Shown: positions 49,155 to 62,991 of the stretch, piece after piece
Numbering within the stretch: the first letter of the stretch is position 1
Layout of the letters: every line of letters begins with the position of its first letter
IMG/VR virus record: IMGVR_UViG_3300037245_001077
Span: 1-64,000 of that record
Length of the DNA stretch: 64,000 nucleotides
Strand: one strand, 5' to 3'
Source: a virus
Made by a program: the position numbers and the translations under genes
Notes under the pieces: model-generated
What the model was told of the DNA's origin: nothing
Database searches by the model: none
The model's input: the letters and a program-made list of their open reading frames with translations, nothing else

Positions 49155-52100
49155 ATGACATTATCAGACATTATCAAGCATAAGCTGAGAAACAAGTATG
49201 CTACCACTAGACAGCCTTATCTTGTTGATAACAAAGTAGTTAAGTTTGCAACACCCGATCCTGAAGCAGGAAAAGCTTGTATGTCCTGTTGGCTCTATCA
49301 TTTACGAACAGAGCTACCCATAGATACACCGCCCCCCGAGCACAAGCCAGTGACCTTAATAGAGGACATAAAGCCCTACCGTAGTAAGGAGCCTAACCTA
49401 GAAGGCTTTTGTATACTCAACCACCCCATCATAGTAACCAACGTACCACGTGACTATGGTTGCCCTTATCAGTTGGGGAAGGCCAAGGAGCTACAGTTCG
49501 AGGATGACTCCATAGAGGATGGTACTGATCTCTTCGCTGGACCCATAGGTAGGAAGCCTGTAGGCAGAGACCCCATAGGGAGGAAGTGATGGGCTGGTGG
49601 GCAGGCATGACCAAGTGGCAAGAGGAGCAAGCACTTGAAAAGGCCAACAAGAGGTCGATGCTTACGAAGCATCCCACTCAAGAAGAGGAAGCGATAATGC
49701 GTAAAGTGCGTAGAGCTAGCACCGAGAAGATTACGAGGAAGCAGTTCCCCAGCTACGAGGAGCAAGAGGAGTACGACAGGTGGGCAGAGCACGCATTACA
49801 ACGCCAGATAGCCCAAGCCCAGTCAGATATGTGCCAGAGGACTGTTGGGTCAAACCTCACCACAAAACAGGTGAATGAGCTAATGAACATCATACGAGAA
49901 GACATGGAGCTAAAGTACAAGTACGACACCCTGTCCGATACAACAAAGAAAAGGATGGCTGAGGTGGCCAGCGTTGATCTTGATAGCTACACTTGTAAGG
50001 ACAAGCACGACACCCTGCCTGCTACACAAGCATCATCTAACCCAAAGCAGAGGCCCTACACTAAAGAGGAGTTAGACACCTTCGCTAAGCTGAAAGAGTT
50101 GAAGTTCGACTACAAAGCCTTCAAAGGTATGTCACCACCAGGGTACGAGTCGTATATAGATAAGAACTACCAGTACGTAGCACCGGATTTGACCAATGAG
50201 GATACGATCAAGGATATACCCGAGGAGCTGATATGATGAACCCCCAAACTAGGGAGCAGGACTTTGGTGGGCTGTACATCGAGCCTGACATCAACCACAC
50301 TCCCTACCCTGAGGACATGGAAGACATTGCGTATGTGATGTACGACCCTCAGATGGGCCTCAAGATGATCAGTATGTACATGCAGCAGGCGTATGAGTAC
50401 TATGGGCAGGTAGATGACCTCAAGGGTGAGAACGGACGCATAAGGCAGCGCATGGAGCAGCTAACAGAGTCCACCCCTGAGGAGGTGGGTAAGCTCAAGC
50501 GTGATATCAATGACCTCAAAGAAGCGAATGCCCGGTTGGTACGCATAGAGAAAACTGCAACCGAGCAGCTTAAGGATACACGCAGGGACTTCATGCTCAT
50601 CGGGAAGGAGAACCAAGAGATAGGGCTTAAGTGCTCTGATACTATCCATGAGGTGTTCGATGCCCTAGAGGGTATGGTACGTGGTATGGCCAAACACATG
50701 AGTGAACCAGGGATGCGTGACATTGATGAGCTGTGGATAGAGGAGAGCAAGACCATGGCTATGGTTGTACTCAACAAGCTGGATACGCTCAAGAAGGAGA
50801 AAACGATATGAGTGACTACAAAATACTGTGCCAGGACTGTGGTAAGCCAATAGGTGAGTGGATGGGTGACTTCTGTCCTAAATGTGATGGTAAGCGTGTT
50901 GCAGATAAGCTGGTAGAGGAGTTCAAGTGGAATCTCCTCAACTGGATGGGACCACCAGGGATCAACGAGTGTGCGAAGCACCACAAGAAGGAGTGGATAT
51001 CCAAGAACTGTCCTTACTGCGCCCTTGCTGAAGCAGAGTCCAAGCTAAAGGATGCCAGAAATGAGATCAAGCGCCTCAAGGCTATTGAGATGATACGTAG
51101 TAATTGTGAGATGAAGGTAACAAAGTTCAATGCAGAATGTAAAGGAGGGAAGTACTGATGCATCTTCTGTTCTGTGATGAGGGCTTCTATATTGACCTTC
51201 ACATTGATGTTGAGAACGATGAGGGTGAGATAGAGCACCCCGAGGTAGATCTACCTGATGACGTGAACCATGAGCTGACTCGCCTAGAGGACAAGATCAG
51301 TGGCTTGGAGACTGAAGTAGAGGAGCTTGGGCAACGACTCCAAGCTCGTGAAGACAGAACCAATGCCCCCTGTGCTGATGCCCTCGACAAGCTCTGGAAG
51401 GCCATCATGCCCGAGAACTACGGTGATTGGGAGTATGCAGGCCAAGCGTACAGACACCTACTGTGCGTGTACAATGAGCAGAACGATAAGATCAAGCAGA
51501 ACGATAAGGTCAAAGAGCTTGAAGACGAGATTAGTGGTAGGGACGAGACCATCAACCATCAATCTGACATCATTGGGGAATTGGACGAGCGGATCAAGGA
51601 TCTAGAGAAAGGAAATGACAATGATATGGATTAATTTCACCCGTAGTAGATACAAGGAGTTCACCTTTTTGGGACGTAACTTCATGATGTTCCGCTTCTT
51701 ACACCATAAGGAGTGGACACCGTTCGTGTGGTTGGTGTAGCCATGAATGAGATAGCCAGAAAGCTACGTGAAGCAGTAGGCAGGGATGAGCAGGGTATTG
51801 TCGTTAAGGGCAATTGCCCTGAAGACGACTATGATATTGAGTGGCTTGTAGGTGATGCTGCTGATGAGATCGAGCAGTTACAACAGTGGAAAGACGGTGT
51901 TAGGGGCTTCCTGGGACAGTTTGGGGTAGAGAGCATCTCAGCCATGCTGAACATCATGGAGACAGCTAGAAGGTGGGTACACTGGTGTCGTAAGGGATCT
52001 ATTCACACGATAGACGAGAGATCTGAGGAGCTTGGAGCTAGGAGTAAGCTTTGTGAGGCTGTGGAAGCTTACGATGCTATGGTAGCCAAGAGAGAGGAGG

Positions 52101-55100
52101 AAAGATGAAAGAGCAACATCAGAGAGAGTTATTGAAGCGGATACTCCGCTACTCGCGTAAGAACTACACTGAGTCATTCAAGCGCTATGCGTTGTTGATG
52201 TCGAGTGGTGGGCGTGCTGGTCCCACACTCGGAGCAGCAGGCAAGGCAGAGACATGGGGGCAGATAACCCGATACATGGAGGGCCTAATGCGTGAGCTGG
52301 ATGAGGCTATCGAGATCAATGAGTCCATAGTAGATGAGCTTTTATCCATAGCAGAGGCAGACTCAGACACGGAGGAGAGTGATGAAGAAAGTTAAAGACA
52401 GTTACATTGATGAAGAGGTTTGGATACTCATACGTCATGGTGAGGTATCGTCGATATGTAACAACGAGCAGCACGCTAAGAACTCGGTTAGGTACCTACA
52501 CACTGTTGGGGGAGAAGATGCTGAGTATGCTAAAGCCACAGTAACCTGGGAGGATGAGTAATGCTTACAGTTGTAGCCTTCATTGTTGCCTATGGTATGG
52601 GGGTTGGTGTATGCCTCGCTATCCACCAAAAGGTATTGGGTTCTTGGGAAGGGGTAGAATTCATAGTTGCTGCCTTTTGGTTTGTGGCCCTCCCAGCTAT
52701 GCTGATGTGGTGGGTGGTGTCCTCATGGATAGGGAGGAAAGATGATTGAGATCTTAGCCTGGAGTATCTTGCTTGTTGCTGTGGTCTGTGCTCTATGGGC
52801 CATTGAGGTACCTCTTAGGAAGCGTAAGATTGCTAGGATGAATGAAATCATCAAACTGAACGAGGAGAACATAGCTAGGCTAAAACGTTTAATAGAAAGG
52901 TTTGACAATGTATGAGTACGTAGCCTGGATGAGTGGTGTTATGGTTGTGGTCTGCATCTTGTGGGCCTCAAAGCTAATTCGTGATATACGTGAAGTCAAC
53001 AAGTCCATTGAGCAGAGTAAAAAGAACATAGCTAGGTGTGAAAAGAACATAGCTAGGTTACAACGTGCAATAGGGGATCTTGACAATGAATAACGATGAC
53101 TTTGCAGCTATCCTCCACTGTAGGGCCAGTGGTGACGAGGTGTATCAAACCTATGTTATTGTCAGCAAGAGTGAGCTACATGATGCAGCTAGAAGGATAC
53201 AAGATGGCACTACAAGGCTCAGGAAGATATGCTACAGCGTGTTGGACTGCGTAGAGGCTAAAGCCCTACACGATAGAGCACGGGAGCTACTGGAGGAGAT
53301 ATGAGAGTGTTCGGAGACGCATACGACAAGAAACAACCTAAGTGTAGAGGCTGTGGTGAGAGAGCGTCAGTGATCAATGAGAGCACTGGTACCCACCCAT
53401 TACCTGGGTGCTATGAGGCTTATATCGTGAAGCTCATCCAAGACAAGGACTTCTGGGCTAGGACGGCCAAGGCGTATAAGGATGACTACAATGAGGTGAT
53501 ACGTGAGGGGCCTAATAAGAAGATTGAGCAGTTAGAGAATCAGCTTACTGCGAGTCTGATGCGTAATCGTGAGCTGGAAACCTCAGGTACTATAGCCATG
53601 GATAAGGTAGAGAAGCTCGAAGGCCGGGTTGTACGGGTGTTCGAGCGCAACGAGGACTTGAGGGAGCAGGTGATAGAGTTGAAAGACGAAGCCATCCACA
53701 ACGAGGGTGTGATGGTTGCACTCAAAGAGGGGTATACGGAGGCCAACACGCAGGTTGAAGAGTTGTTCAAAATCAATCTTGATCTTAGAGTCAACCAGGG
53801 CAGCACCGAAACCATTACAAACCTACCGTGTCCAAGCCACCACGTCACCCCCAAGATGATCGACGAGGCTGCGAAGCTTGCTGAGATCGAGAAGAAAAAT
53901 AGGGGTTCGGAACTTATTTGGATAGCATTGGAAGAACTTCACATCTTCCGGTGCGAGGGGTGTAAAAGCTGCTGCCCGAAGTGTGTGGATCAGGGGATGC
54001 AGTACATTAGAAATCGCCCCGACTGCAACGGTCACGGATGGATAATTCGAAAGGAGAAAGATGATGGCTAAGGTTCTAACGAAAACGAAGTGGGTAGAGA
54101 TTGAGCACAATGGAATCACAGTATATGCGGTGGACTTCCTCAATGGAGTAATGATCGAAATTGAAGGTCAAATAGTTTCTTGGCCTGGGTACTGCATACG
54201 AGAAGTACGTGGTGATACGGATGGGCCTACGCTGTGGAAGAGGCCGAATGCACCAAAGGAGTTCTCTCTTAAGCTGACAGAAGAGAAGTAGATGAATGAG
54301 CGCCTGTGGATACGCTTCAAGAACAGCATCTACCTGATAGGTGTCACGTACATACTATGCGATATAGCCATCAACAACCTGGGGATCATCTATGAGTTGT
54401 TGTTCTTCAGGGAGAACCTATACGCATTCATAACCCTACAGCTCACACTAATGTTGCTTCCCATATGGGCGTTGAGCGTAGGACAGATCGTAAAACAGTG
54501 GAGATTGGAGTTGAGCTATGACCAGCAAACGAAAGATTATCTATCAAGCAGTAGCAGCTAGCGCAGCCCTCACATTCGTGGGGGTGACGTACAACATGAT
54601 TAGCCTGACAGTACCAGCAGATAAGGAGGTAGCCATACGCTCTGTGGCCCTAGAGCATGGTGAGCCTCGTTCCGAGACATTAGCCCTACCTGAGCGAGGA
54701 GTAGGTGGTGTACTCCCACTAGAGGTAGAAGAGTATATCCCTGCTGGTGAACCTAAGCTAGACAGAGCTGCTGGTATTAAGCGTGTAGAGGACATCTACA
54801 GACGCTTGGAGGAACCGGGAGTACCTCTAGTGGAGCGGGAGATGCTCGAAAAAGAGAAGGAGGGGATACTATCGTCGTATTACCCTGCGGGCGCTGGAGA
54901 CGGAGAACCTGAGCTTGCCTCTGTACCAGAGAATGGTGATAATGGTGATGAGGCTGTTAGTGCATTCGGAGGTCTTGATATCAACAACGTCTTTAACAAG
55001 GTGTGGGGGCTATTACAGGGTATAATAGTAGCCTGGGTGAGCGTGAAGCTCGGCCAGAGGAGTAGACAAAGCACTTGACACCATAGGAAAAGGGTGATAG

Positions 55101-57705
55101 TATGAGGAAGATCGGAGAGTACTTTATGCTCCCAAGCAAAGAGGATGCCGAGATGGAAGTTAAACTGGCCGAGACAATCATTGATGCTACGAAGAATATA
55201 CAGAAGCTACACCAAGCGAATGACGTGATGTCATCTATGCTTGCTAGGATATCCACCTTGGTGAATGAGGAGAACATCTCCTCTTCAACAATGGTTGAGT
55301 GCATTAGGGATCTGCTCAAATGGTATGACATGTACCAGGCCGGTGTGCTCAATGCGGATCTCGTGGGTACCAAGCTGAGCGAGAAGAGCAAGTGATGAAA
55401 CAATCTATGTACTGTAAGGATTGTGGCCTTACATGGGTAGACCAAGATGGCTGTTGCGTACACTGTGGGGTAGAAGCTACTATAGTAGACGTAGTGTTGA
55501 TTACTCTAGAGCAAATAGAACAAGCTAAAGAACTGTTGAAGGACAGGCTAAGGACACCTGACTGGTATGATGGTATAGCTCAAGTACTAGAGCTGTTTAA
55601 GGTGAATAATGGGTAATCAAATATTCATAGACGAGAACATACTAGCCACCCTGGAGATGGTTGCAGTAGAAGCAGCCATAGAGCACCCACTAGAGGGTGA
55701 GGGGATGTGCTGGTGTCCTCTTAGCGTTGGTATCAACGAGTTTGGGCTACATACAGGCCACTGTCAAGTCTTACGCAAGCATTTCGAAATCAAGAGGGAG
55801 AAAGATAATGGATCCTGAGCTGCAACGAATATTGGTGTATGGTGGATTGGGTATACTCGCTTTTGTGTCTACGGCTCTCGTAATAGTGTGGGCCACAGTG
55901 GGGCGCATAGTTTGGAAGAGCTTTAAGAAGATCGGTAAAGACTTCTAATGCGAGTAATGAACCATGGTGACGCACAGTTCGATGAGGCAAAGTTCGTTCT
56001 TGTTGACAGGAATAGCCTTGTTTCAATACAAGCATTGTTGAATAACGTAATGTCCTACCTCTATGACAACTCCCCTGTACAGGCTGCCTTTAGACTACAA
56101 GAAGTGCAAGACGTTATCATCATATACCGAAGTGAGAACCAACGGCTGCTCACTTTTGATGGACAGGGGGAGGCGTAACATGTCTGATGCGGAAGAGATG
56201 ATGCTTGCAATGGATGATACTAGCGAGAGGTTCAATACAGCTAGCCATGTGGTTACGTCTCGTGAGGGTATGTCCGACTTACGCCGTAGGCTACAGGGCG
56301 CGGAGAAGCATATGAAGGACCACCGTATCGTAGAGGCGTGGATAGCCTTGAAGTATGTACGCGATCAGGTAACTTTCTTGGAGTTTCATGAGCGTAGAGC
56401 GTTGCCTTTGGTAGAGGAGGAAGAGGAAGCATGAGAGAGACTCATAAGTTCGATCTGGATGAGAGTAACTGTGTTACCGTCAGTGAGGTGCCACAGGGTG
56501 AGTATGCCAAGGATAAGATCCTGCTCATGCTGGAGCATACAAAGGGGAGCAGTATGGCTCTTGTGATGCATAAGAACGAGGCGTGGGCCATTGGACGTAT
56601 CATGATGCACCTGGGTTACGTGTCGGAAGAACGAACACTAGATCCTGCCCTCGACCCTGTAGAGTATTTCGAATGGAGGAAGAAGAATGAAGCTAGTAGG
56701 AGTTAGGCACAAGGGGCACACGTATATAATGAGGCTGTACCCCGAGTACGACGTTGCGGAAGAAGAACCACATATGCTCGACAAGGTGGATGAGATCTAC
56801 GCTCCTCCTACTGAGGGTGGGACACAGATTTGGGTGCATATTATTAGGTACTTACCTAAGAACAAGGCAATTGAGCTGCGGGTGAGGACATTGGAATGTG
56901 ACCAGTTCATGTATTTGAAAGAAGACGATGAAACAGGAGGATAACATGGGTAATAACAATAAGTTCGTGGCGTGGGTGAAGAAGCAACGTGTCTACCTCA
57001 GGGTAGATGAGAAGGGGTATACGTTTGGTGTCACGCATGGCGTGGTGTGGACGAACGCCCTCTTCATAGCCTTCCTCGCCATCTGGCGTATTGTGCTCTG
57101 ATGAGTAGACGAGTGGACATGCACCCGTCTACGCTAGATCCTGGGCATGACGTTATAGAGTACCGGGACGATGGAGGCTATCTACTCATGAGGGACAGTG
57201 AGCGTAGGCAGTTGATTACTTGGATCGAGAAGACAGCCTTCTCCACATACGCCGGGTATGCTGATGTACTGTCCCTGCTACAGGGAAAGAAGACACAATG
57301 AAAGAGAAAGTGCTCTTTAAAAGCAAGGAGTATGGCCTTGGTGGACACAACAAGCTCGAACTCAGAGTACTTGGAGATGGTGGGTTGCGACTGTGGGTAC
57401 AGGATGGTGAGACTAACTCGCTCATCTGTATGGACAGACGCGACTTCAAACAGTTGGCAGAGCTGCTGGCCAAGCACGCCCGTCAAGCTCCGACTAGTGT
57501 GGAGCCATACGATTTCTCTAAGTCTCTTAAACGCAAGAAGGTCGAGACTGTATCAGATACTAATGGGTTACGCAAGAAACGAAAGACTCGCTCAGACAAA
57601 GGGGTCAAGCGCAACAACGTGAAGTGTGATATACTAGGTGAAATGGTGGGTGATATCAAAGGCATCGACCAGATCAAAGCGGAGGCAATGGCGGAGGCGA
57701 TGTGA
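49155..57705 (+). other. dense array of about 30 short ORFans (e.g. 49155-49589, 49586-50236, 50233-50811, 50808-51158, 51158-51634, 51743-52108, 52105-52395, 52561-52749, 52742-52915, 52908-53093, 53301-54071, 54518-55078, 55126-55395, 55948-56178, 56180-56434, 56431-56706, 57298-57705)
   Basis: ATGA/TGATG-coupled + strand ORFs; many coiled coils, CxxC pairs and single-TM proteins. Confidence 0.7.
55075..55103 (+). promoter_or_regulatory. extended -10 sigma70 promoter
   Basis: TTGACA-17 nt-TAGTAT with TGn. Confidence 0.7.
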
Positions 57706-58631
57706 ACAGAACACAATGGCCGTTGTTCAATAGAGCTAGGATCAAGGGGGTTTCTGCTGACGTATCTGGGCGGGGCCATCTCTTGGATGACCTAGGGGTA
57801 GTCCCTATAAACATTCAATACGCTTGGGACAGTGCTCCATTGCGCCACGACAATGAGACCGCTATAGACCGAAACATACGTGTCTTTGCTGGCAGTACAC
57901 TCAGGTCACCTTTCCCTGTTGTGTGGTTTGAGTGGCGAGAACCTCTTGAGGACTGTAACATCAAGGAGATGAATGCTGATCCTTACCCTGATCTGAAATT
58001 CACGTCTGACTGTTTTGGTTTGTTAATAGATAACCCTAAAGACCCGGATAGCTTCGTGTTGAACATAGGGTGGTCTGGATTCTCAGAGAGACAAAACCTG
58101 AAAACCTTTCCGGCTATCATCTATGGTAATCTCCGAGGGAACTACTCTTCCTTCAGCAAAGAAGGAGAAGAGTTCCTAAAGGCATCGGTGATGGAGATAG
58201 CAATCTCTGACGCAATCATAAAAGAACTCGGTGATGACCCCTTGCGACTAGAACAATTCAAATCTGAGTTGCTTGGGTCAGCGAATACTATTTTCTGGTC
58301 ATTACTCCTGTTGATGTGTAACAATGTCACTACAGTAGAGTCACAACCCTGTTATCGGAATAACAAGCGACAGAAAGACCCCTCTCGTGTGATCTACAGG
58401 GAATTACATGTGGAAGTACCTCCTGGGGGCAGTCGCAGTCATAGCGTCTCTGAGGGGGCTGGAACAATGGGTACGGCATTCCATATTAGAAGGGGTCACT
58501 TCGCTGACTACACCAAAGGCAAGGGCCTATTTGGTAAGTACCATGGGAAGTACTGGATACCATCCACGGCTGTGGGGGATAAGGACTATGGTACAGTGCT
58601 CAAGAGCTATAGATTAGAGGGAGTAAACTAA
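57702..58631 (+). CDS. conserved phage hypothetical protein (HxRRGH family)
   Basis: C-terminal FHIRRGHF...YWIPSTAVGD. Confidence 0.75.
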   Translation: MNRTQWPLFNRARIKGVSADVSGRGHLLDDLGVVPINIQYAWDSAPLRHDNETAIDRNIRVFAGSTLRSPFPVVWFEWREPLEDCNIKEMNADPYPDLKFTSDCFGLLIDNPKDPDSFVLNIGWSGFSERQNLKTFPAIIYGNLRGNYSSFSKEGEEFLKASVMEIAISDAIIKELGDDPLRLEQFKSELLGSANTIFWSLLLLMCNNVTTVESQPCYRNNKRQKDPSRVIYRELHVEVPPGGSRSHSVSEGAGTMGTAFHIRRGHFADYTKGKGLFGKYHGKYWIPSTAVGDKDYGTVLKSYRLEGVN

Positions 58632-59486
58632 TGAGTGACAGATATCGTATCCGACATTTTTTCGCCCCAAACGAACCGGGTTATGGGGGCTATACTACCG
58701 TGGTGGATATGGAGGCTAAAGTTGTAGGCATTGCAGTATGCTCCATCAGGGATCAATTTGCTCGTAAGAAAGGTGTAGCTATAGCCAAGGAGCGTATCCA
58801 GGCATACCTTGATGTGGGGTCGAGTACCTTTAGTGAAGAGTGTGCAGCGGTTATAGGCCCCCGTGTTCATGGGGAAGGCCGGTATCTTGCTCGTAATGCT
58901 CTTTACCATGCAGGGGCATTCATCTTTGACCATTTCCCTGAAGTCCACATTATCCAAACCGTGATTGAGGTACCAAGGGTTAATGAGAAAGTGAAGTGGA
59001 TTGATGCAGGGTAAATGCCGAACCGGGTGTATTGGTATCAGGGATCTCCACCGGGGGTTCTGTGGCAGTTGTTTGAAGCTCAAGGGTGTGAAGCAGGTGC
59101 TGGCACATGAGAGTCAGGCATGGAAGAAGGAAGCGTTGAGGGCTATTCGTGCAACCGCAGGCAGGTACATTACCTTCACGGCAGATCAGGTGAAGGACAC
59201 CGCAGACACTATGGGTTTATCTGAGCCTCATCACCCTAACTGCTGGGGTGGCATTTTCCACTCTGCCTTGAAAAAAGGCTACATGCACCAGACAGGCCAG
59301 TTCATTGCGAGTACCAGGGCCAAGCACCATAAACAACGTATTGCAGAGTACCAATCCGGGGTCAAGCCCCCAGTGATCCAGACCGAGGAAGAAAAATGGA
59401 AGGCCAGGGCTATACAGGCCAGGGGGAGATATTGGGAAGCTCAAGAGAAGATCGATCAGCTTGAGAAGGAGTTAGAGGATGGTTAA
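58631..59486 (+). other. hypothetical CDSs 58631-59014 and 59004-59486
   Basis: Coupled ORFs; the first has a CSxxDQFxRKKGxxIA motif, the second a winged-helix-like pattern. Confidence 0.65.
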
Positions 59487-59724
59487 GTACACAGTTGGTC
59501 CTATGGAAGCGGATGATATTAACAACAGGTTCACCTACCACAAGCCCAAGGATGATCAGAACAAGCGATATGTGGGACTACGTGAAGCGGCACGCATGTT
59601 GGCGTGGAGCTTTCACGAGTGTTGCCCTCCGTGCAGGGAGCGCAGCCTAGCTATCACCAAGCTTGAGGAAGCGATCTTCTGGGCCAATGCCTCTATAGCG
59701 AGGAATGAGCACGAGATACCATGA
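59479..59724 (+). CDS. Acb2/Tad1-like hairpin protein (candidate immune-signal sponge)
   Basis: NRFTYHKP...CPPCRERSLAITKLEEAIFWANASIAR resembles the Tad1/Acb2 hairpin motif RExxxAITKLEEAxxW. Confidence 0.65.
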   Translation: MVKYTVGPMEADDINNRFTYHKPKDDQNKRYVGLREAARMLAWSFHECCPPCRERSLAITKLEEAIFWANASIARNEHEIP

Positions 59725-62355
59725 AGATCAGGGTTGACGTACCTGAGTGGGACGAGGAGAAGGAGACAAGGTACAACAAGCCTCGTGATGGTGTACGTGT
59801 GGCCCTGTTCGTGGAGATCTTCAATAAGCTTACGGATGAGAATGGTGAGGTGGAAATAGACGATAGTATCCTCCCCTCTAATGGTACGACTATCATCTAT
59901 AGGGCGCGTAGTCTGGGCACACTACCATTCGAAACGGTCTTCGAGGACAGGAAGGATTACATGATTCTGGTGGTTAAGCCTGACCCTATAGTGGAAGGCT
60001 ATATCGCGTACACAGAGCAAAAGCAGGAGGAGAAGCTCTTTGCTGCTGAGTGGATGCGTAAGCGATATATGGGACTACGTGAGATGTGGGGTAAGTTCTT
60101 CGGAGGCGACCGTGATTAAGAAGATCCTGATGCTATTAGCCATTTCGGGTATAGCTAGCCTAGCTATGGCGCAAGAGGTGAGGAGACCAAGTGGGAGAGT
60201 GATGCCCTCTGTGGTGGACTCCAGGTGTCAGTACGTAGAGAGCATGTGGGGTTCCAGGTGTGAGGTGACACCAGAGATATGTCTTTTGACTCTAGTTCCC
60301 CTGTTCGTCGAGACCACCAATACCCGTGTCGTGGTTAAGCTGCTGAATAACATCTCTGTGGAACCAGAGGAAACCGTTATCAACTTCAATATCGAATCCA
60401 CCATGGCGATCAAGTACACGTGGGTGGGTAGTGAGAAGGTGAAGTGGGTGGAGTGGTATACCCGTGACCCAAGTAGGGAGTATCCTGAGCTACCCCTACA
60501 AGGTTGTTACTGCAACGAGTTAGAGGCCAAGATATACATCTGTAGAAGTGGACAGGTGGAGGAGGAATGATGGAGACTAGTTGGTTCAATCCGTATCCGG
60601 CATGGATGGGGTGGGTAGCCCTTAGTGTCGTCTTTACTATTATAGCGTTCGTATGGTATCGGTTCCGTAAGAAGAAGGCCATCAAGACCCCTTCCAAGTA
60701 CTGGCGGGTGCCTGTAGATGGCTTTGCTGATGTGTTCGTCACCAAGAGCTACTTCGTGGGGGAGCTTAAGATAGAGTACACCAAGAAGATGGCCGAGGAT
60801 TTGGCTGATAGCTTGTATGAGGAGATGCAAGGAGTGTGGATCGCGTGTGCGGCGGTATACGAGACCACTCCCAAGCATGGGTGGTGTGTGGGCAAGATAG
60901 TGGTGATGAAGGAGGGTATGCCTATCGCTCACCCGCACGTAGTGTGGGGAGCACCTCATGGTAATATCAGGCTTTTGTTGCAGGACCAAATGCTCTACTG
61001 GTTCGCTCGTGAGTGTCACAACGTCTTTCGCTATAGGGCGTATGGTATGGATTGGATCTACAATGACAGGGACGCAGAGGACAAGAAGAAACATGCCGAG
61101 GTAGAGGCGTGGATTGATAAGAGATATCTACATGGAGAGTAGGGAGGCAGTTTCGATGGTTAAGGTGCGGCTCTACTGTGATGAATGTGGAGGTCGTATG
61201 AAGAGCACAGGCTATGTGCAAACCACCTACCCCCCGAAGTACCCTCACAAATGTGCTGACTGTGGGTGTATAGGTACTTACAATAAACAATACCCTTACT
61301 ACGAGGAGGATGAGTAATGCCAATAGCTAATGATCCGTGGAAGCATCGTTCTAAGTTCATGTTGTGTCAGACGTGTATGCACTTTGTGCTCAAGGTGGCT
61401 AGTACGCCCCCTGAGCAGGGTACGCGCATTGGTAGGTGTCGTAAGCGTGCTCCTACTATGGACGGCTACCCAGTGGTGTTTGAGGCTGACTGGTGTGGTG
61501 ACCACAAGATCGATGAGGAGAAGTACTGATGGATAACATCAAGCGTTACGTGGTGACCCGTGACGGTGTTGAGTTCAGTAGTGACGCTAGCATAATGGTG
61601 TGGGTGGAGGGGGCTGACCCGAAGCTCAATAAGGAGAGCCTTTGGGAAAGTACTGACTCAAAGAGTTACGTGGATGAGTTATACGCAGAGGAGTTTAAAA
61701 AGGAGTATAACCTGAATCCTCCTGGTATTGGGGCCAAAAGAGTAATGATAGTCACTTACGCATGGGAGGAAAAATGAACCACGAACAGATTGATCCTGTC
61801 GTTGATGAGCTTATTAGTGTCATACGTGTGGCTATTGCGGGTGAGGGCGGAGATCTCATTGTTGAGAACAAAGAGTTGCAGAACAAACTAGATACCTTCA
61901 CCGCAGATAACAAGGATCTACAGCGTAGGCTCAAGGGCATGTCCTCCACGCTCGCACGCATACGTGTCAAGTGTGACGTAGCCACTGGGCTGGATCGTAA
62001 TGTGCCCTATGACGACCAGGGACGCTCGTGTGGTGCTGAGGGGGCTGTGGACAGGCTCTTAGCCATTGCGTTGGGTAAGGTGGTTCGTAGGAACCTACAG
62101 GGCATACACGAGGAAGTGAAGCTGTATGATCGTGTTGTGGAGCTTGAGAAAGAGATAGTCAGTACGGAGGCTCTAGGTGGAACACAAGACGAATAACACG
62201 ATGCTGTGGACTGCGCTATTGCTCTTCATCATCTGGGCGATAGCTTTCTCCTATACGTCTTGTCCTATAGGGTAAGCGTGTGGATAAGAAAGAACGCCAG
62301 GGTATGTCTCTGGCCGAGGTAGTTGTAGTTCTCATCATCATCACGCTCATAGTTC

Positions 62356-62384
62356 TTTACACCTTTAACAAGTTGTGATACTGT
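62356..62384 (+). promoter_or_regulatory. extended -10 sigma70 promoter
   Basis: TTTACA-17 nt-TACTGT with TGn, followed by an AGGAGG RBS. Confidence 0.6.
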
Positions 62385-62730
62385 CAAGCAGTAGGAGGCA
62401 ATATGGCTAGTGACACCTGGGCCGGTGGTTGTCCTGGTTGTGGCGGTGATCCTCACACTGGTGGTTTCTTCCACTCTGAGTACTGCCCCAACAACCCCAA
62501 TAGAATCCATCCTTTACCTTCTTTCGATCCTTTACCCCCTTTCCCCGCTACGGTTGTAGGTACAATTACCTTTGCTCCCACCCCCACAGTTCCCACATTT
62601 CCAGATTACGGATGGGTATGCCCCAAGTGTGGGGCTGTGTACGCTCCTTTCATGCCCTATTGTGATAACTGTAGGGGGCAGGACAAGTTTACCACTATAA
62701 CGACAGGTAGCACAGAGGAGAAGGAAGACG

Positions 62731-62991
62731 ATGAATAGACGAGGGTTCTTTGGGACGCTGGTGGGAGTCCTGCTAGGCTCTATGGTAGTCCCAGCAGCCG
62801 CTCAACAGTGGCAAGGCCCCGGTGGTATCAAGATACAGAAGAAGGCAGGCAAGTGGTACGTCACAGGCAACAGACACCGTATAGAGGATGTTGAGTGGGC
62901 TATAAGACATATCGATCAGGACTTGGCGTTGTCAGAGCGTAGACCCACTATAACTATTGAGGGTATTGAAATAGTTTACCCGAGGAGATAG
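62731..62991 (+). CDS. small Tat-signal protein
   Basis: MNRRGFF twin-arginine motif, hydrophobic core, AAA-Q cleavage site. Confidence 0.7.
   Translation: MNRRGFFGTLVGVLLGSMVVPAAAQQWQGPGGIKIQKKAGKWYVTGNRHRIEDVEWAIRHIDQDLALSERRPTITIEGIEIVYPRR

Noticed and set aside
48952-49158. 68-aa His-rich ORF
   Set aside because: It has no RBS and its composition reflects a C/A-rich repeat; treated as probably non-coding, although leaderless translation is not excluded
21734-54294. Genome-wide TAG recoding, suggested by in-frame TAG junctions (21734, 33375, 38280, 54289)
   Set aside because: Conserved genes are intact in the standard code, many TAG stops are followed by out-of-frame starts, and TAG often just overlaps a TAGGAGG RBS
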